Shown in pieces: positions 46,621-49,476 of a stretch of DNA of 49,476 nt. A program made the translations under genes and the position numbers. Below the pieces are notes generated by a model, which was given only the letters and a program-made list of their open reading frames with translations, did not search any database and was not told the DNA's origin. Each line of letters opens with the position of its first letter. The first letter of the stretch is position 1. This DNA comes from Octopus bimaculoides (lineage: Eukaryota), in the NCBI RefSeq assembly GCF_001194135.2, contig NC_068983.1, positions 30,928,401 through 30,977,876 on the forward strand, in the 5' to 3' direction.

Positions 46621-47542
46621 GCATGCGTACACACACACACACATACATACATACATACATACATACATACATACATACATACATACACATACATAGAGTA
46701 ACCAAAAATTCGCTCTACTATTTAATACATACAAATATATTTAATGGTAGTTTTAATTTTGGATTACTCTTCATGTGTATATGTAACGTTGGCATGTGAC
46801 ATGGGATCATCAAAATTGCAATGATAATACGCAGATTTTAGCAGGTCGGTATCACGAGAATTGTATTTGCAATTCGGCGTCACCAAAACTGTGGCGAATT
46901 TATATGTAAGAAATAAATTGAGAGGAAGAAAGATATTATTACTTGAAATGGTCCTTTATTTTGTCACTGTAATGTAAGATACGACTTCCAAGTTGTTATA
47001 GTACAATGATTATTTTCTGTATTGATATCCATTTTGTAAGTATTAAAATTCATCTGTGAGTGACTGTATGAGAGAAAAAGAGTAAATTAATATAGACAAG
47101 TAGAGAGAACTGAAGTTATATGTTCCTTCTTTGAGAACTCATTAGTGAAGGAAGAAAGCGGGATGTTCTACAACGATCGGCCAAGTGAAGAGGTAGAACT
47201 GAAATTGAGTATTGTATTTATATATGTTACAAAGCTGGATGTAGGTCAGGGAACAATGGTAGTAATGGCTCTATCTCTCTTGAACTGTATTTAACCCCAA
47301 ACTATTAACTCAAACAATAGAACTTAACTAAGTGTGACTGATGACTCTTACAAATTTCGATGTGCAAAAACCGAAAACAATAGAAAAAGAGACCGTAGGA
47401 AAATGTAGATTTTCTTCTTAGGAAGTTTGTCCAAAAAACAAACGAACGATAATAAGAAAAATTACAGAAATATGCACTAAACGAAAATCAAAGAACGTTC
47501 AAAATTGTGAATTGAAAGTGTGAAGTAACTGCTGGATGTAAT

Positions 47543-47801
47543 TGCAAGGCCAGAAAAATCGTAGATATCAGAAGAGAGAATATGATGTGATGTATATAGG
47601 ACAGATTTGCAAGGCCAGAAAAATCGAAGATATCAGAAGAGAGAATATAATGTGATATATATAGGACAGATTTGCAAGGCCAGAAAAATCGTAGATATCA
47701 GAAGAGAGAATATGATGTGATGTATGTAGGACAGATTTGCAAGGCCAGAAAAATCGTAGATATCAGAAGAGAGAATATGATGTGATGTATATAGGACAGA
47801 T
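47543..47801. repeat. 65-bp minisatellite, 4 copies
   Basis: Units start at 47543, 47608, 47673 and 47738 with only a few substitutions. Confidence 0.97.
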
Positions 47802-47819
47802 ATCTATTTGAGTGGGGTC

Positions 47820-48150
47820 AAATAGCATGCAATGTTGCTTCTGTGCAAAGAATGCAGTCTGTGTTTCATACATGCCGGTTTCAGAGCAACGTTAAGTAAC
47901 CGTGCGCGTGATTCGGTAACGGAGTGCGAGAGAAAAGTGCAGCTGTCAACTTTCGTTGAAAGGAGCTGAGATGGGAGAGTGCATTCCCAATCCATGGTAT
48001 AGTTGGAATATTTCTGGCAGAAGTGTTGCACTGTGTGGTAAGTGCCTTAAAAGAAGCGCAGAGGCCTAGAGTGTCTGGCGATATGGTCGTGTGCAGATGC
48101 TGTGAATAAGCAATGACTACAAAACATTAGAGACACGCGGACGCGTTGGT
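47820..48150 (+). pseudogene. Decayed non-LTR RT fragment
   Basis: KELRWESAFP...GIFL (GLRQG..SP.LF-like), then CADAV..LQNIRD...WC (YADD..LQ..LD..WC-like). Confidence 0.45.
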
Positions 48151-48334
48151 GCAGGTAAACTCTCTATATATACCGTAATCAAACTGGTGGGGGGGGGGCT
48201 ATAGTGGTAAGTGCACGGTGTCTGGAAGCGAAGGCGCAGTAAGCATTTTCTGTGTTCCATAATTTTAATGCTGTGTGACCGTTGTTTAAACGAAAAAATA
48301 CGAATTTTGTCCTAAGAAAAAATAGTTTGAACAA

Positions 48335-48492
48335 TAGGCGCAGGAGTGGGAGTGGCTGTGTAGTAAGTAACTTGCTAACCAACCACATGGTTCCAGGTTC
48401 AGTCCTACTGCGTGGCACCTTGGGCAAGTGTCTTCTACTATAGCCTCGGGCCGACCAGAGCCTTGTGAGTGGATTTGGTAGACGGAAACTGA
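48335..48492 (+). mobile_element. SINE family A (tRNA-like head, CORE-like segment)
   Basis: tggctgtgtagtaag (A-box-like), ggttcagtcct (B-box-like), ccttgggcaagtgtctt. Confidence 0.85.
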
Positions 48493-48735
48493 ACACCTTA
48501 TGCTGCTAGAAAAAATAATGGATGTGATTAGGTGTACGAGGTGGAAAGCATTCTACTACGACCTAGCCGCACCATCCCTGGAGGGCAACAAGTATTGAAT
48601 TAGATCGAGAAAATACCCACCCGAAATCAAGGTCTTCAAACCCTTCGAGGCAGACCTGCTGGGCATCATTCCCAAACTGAAATTCCGTAAGTCCTCTTCC
48701 TCCTTCCAACGCAAGCTCCGGGCCGACATTACAGG
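48493..48735 (+). pseudogene. Penelope-like element ORF, N-terminal region fragment
   Basis: LEKIMDVIRCTRWKAFY...YPPEIKVFKPFEADLLGII..LKFRK...FQRKLRADI resembles the RMRWKA...FE.DL...F+..FQ..L..DI region preceding PLE RT. Confidence 0.7.
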
Positions 48736-48967
48736 GTGCGAAAGATATTTGAGGACAGATTTATGTTTATAAAAAAACAGTTATATAATAACAGACAACT
48801 TTATTTATCAAAAGTGGTATGAGGATAAAAATAAAATTTCTTTTCTATGTTATTCAATAAAGCCACCCTCAGTTTCAACAACTACTTCTATATGATACAG
48901 TTCTATATTAAAGAGATGAGGAATTATTTACATTTGACGGATATCCGTCCTCATTTTGTTTGTTGTT

Positions 48968-49013
48968 AACACAACGTTTCGGCTGATATACCCTCCAGCC
49001 TTCGTCAGGTGTC
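48968..49013 (-). ncRNA. Minimal type I hammerhead ribozyme
   Basis: Minus strand: GACAC-CTGACGA-a-GGCTG-gagggtatat-CAGCC-GAAA-CG-TT-GTGTT; all core nucleotides present; palindromic AACGTT stem III. Confidence 0.88.
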
Positions 49014-49102
49014 TTGGGGGAATTTCGAACCTGGGTTCTCATTCCTATCGATGTTACTATAATTATTATTATTATATTATTATTATTATTTTTACTATTA
49101 CT

Positions 49103-49180
49103 AATCAGGTCGCTGCCGTGAATCGAACTCGGAACCCTGGGGTTAGTAGCCCGCGCTCTTAACCACTACGCCATATGCCC
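49103..49180 (-). promoter_or_regulatory. tRNA-derived head with Pol III A and B boxes (not a foldable tRNA)
   Basis: GGGCATA-TGGCGTAGTGG (A box)...GAGTTCGATTC (B box); acceptor stem does not pair; followed by a (TAA)n tract. Confidence 0.8.
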
Positions 49181-49476
49181 GTGAGCAATTATGGGTTGAA
49201 TTTTAAGGCTTATAAATCTATTATTTTTCTATCCTTCCTCAATACCGGTTCCCATATGCTATTCATATCTGCACTCGGTCTGCTTAGGAGGTTGTTGTGT
49301 CCTAGCATATGTGCTGCTTCTTTTAGTTTTCGTATTTTCCAGTGTTGTTCCCTGTCTATTATTTTAACTTCATCCCACAGGGGGAGGTGGTTTCCATTTT
49401 TCCATATATGATCAGCTATACCCGATTTATCGATATCTCCTCGTGTCACAGCTTTGCGATGTTCTTCTACCCTTAT

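Larger units (their letters stand above)
48930..49476 (-). mobile_element. 3' end of a Penelope-like element (GIY-YIG C-terminus, tRNA-like cassette, hammerhead)
   Basis: KSGIADHIWKNGNH..WDEVKIIDREQHWKIRKLKEA...WEPVL, stop at 49210-49212; element continues off the window edge. Confidence 0.88.

Noticed and set aside
47543-47801. CRISPR-like array (also considered for the 17-bp and 28-bp repeats)
   Set aside because: Units are contiguous with no unique spacers, and the sequence is eukaryotic with no cas genes.
49103-49180. Functional tRNA gene
   Set aside because: Acceptor and anticodon stems do not pair; treated as a tRNA-derived head.

Overview
AT-rich metazoan draft-assembly window with ten N-gaps (largest 17512-18383, 19465-20074, 34645-35601, 45142-45794). 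The SINE families and the very dense (CA)n/(TACA)n/(GA)n/(ATT)n microsatellites look like an octopus (cephalopod) genome; this is recognition from memory and was not checked. I find no intact, nameable host gene, and most ORFs in the track are microsatellite or gap artefacts. The window is a layered transposon graveyard. DNA elements: Tc1 (IR/DR, DD34E), mariner (DD34D), Tigger/pogo, hAT, Helitron and MITEs with 8- and 9-bp TSDs. Retroelements: RTE, CR1/L2-like, Tx1/L1, RLE-type (R4/Dong-like) and Penelope-like, plus at least four SINE types. Best observations: (i) a Penelope-like 3' end where a tRNA-derived Pol III cassette sits directly upstream of an intact minimal hammerhead ribozyme, with two more hammerhead motifs elsewhere; (ii) SINE dimers each bounded by a single TSD, whose first monomer ends in the same tail as a Tx1 LINE in this window; (iii) a MITE with a central head-to-head telomeric-repeat palindrome; (iv) a TATA/CCAAT/double-E-box promoter-like region followed by small exon-like segments that would encode a spliced uORF. 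All family assignments come from manual motif recognition, not database searches.
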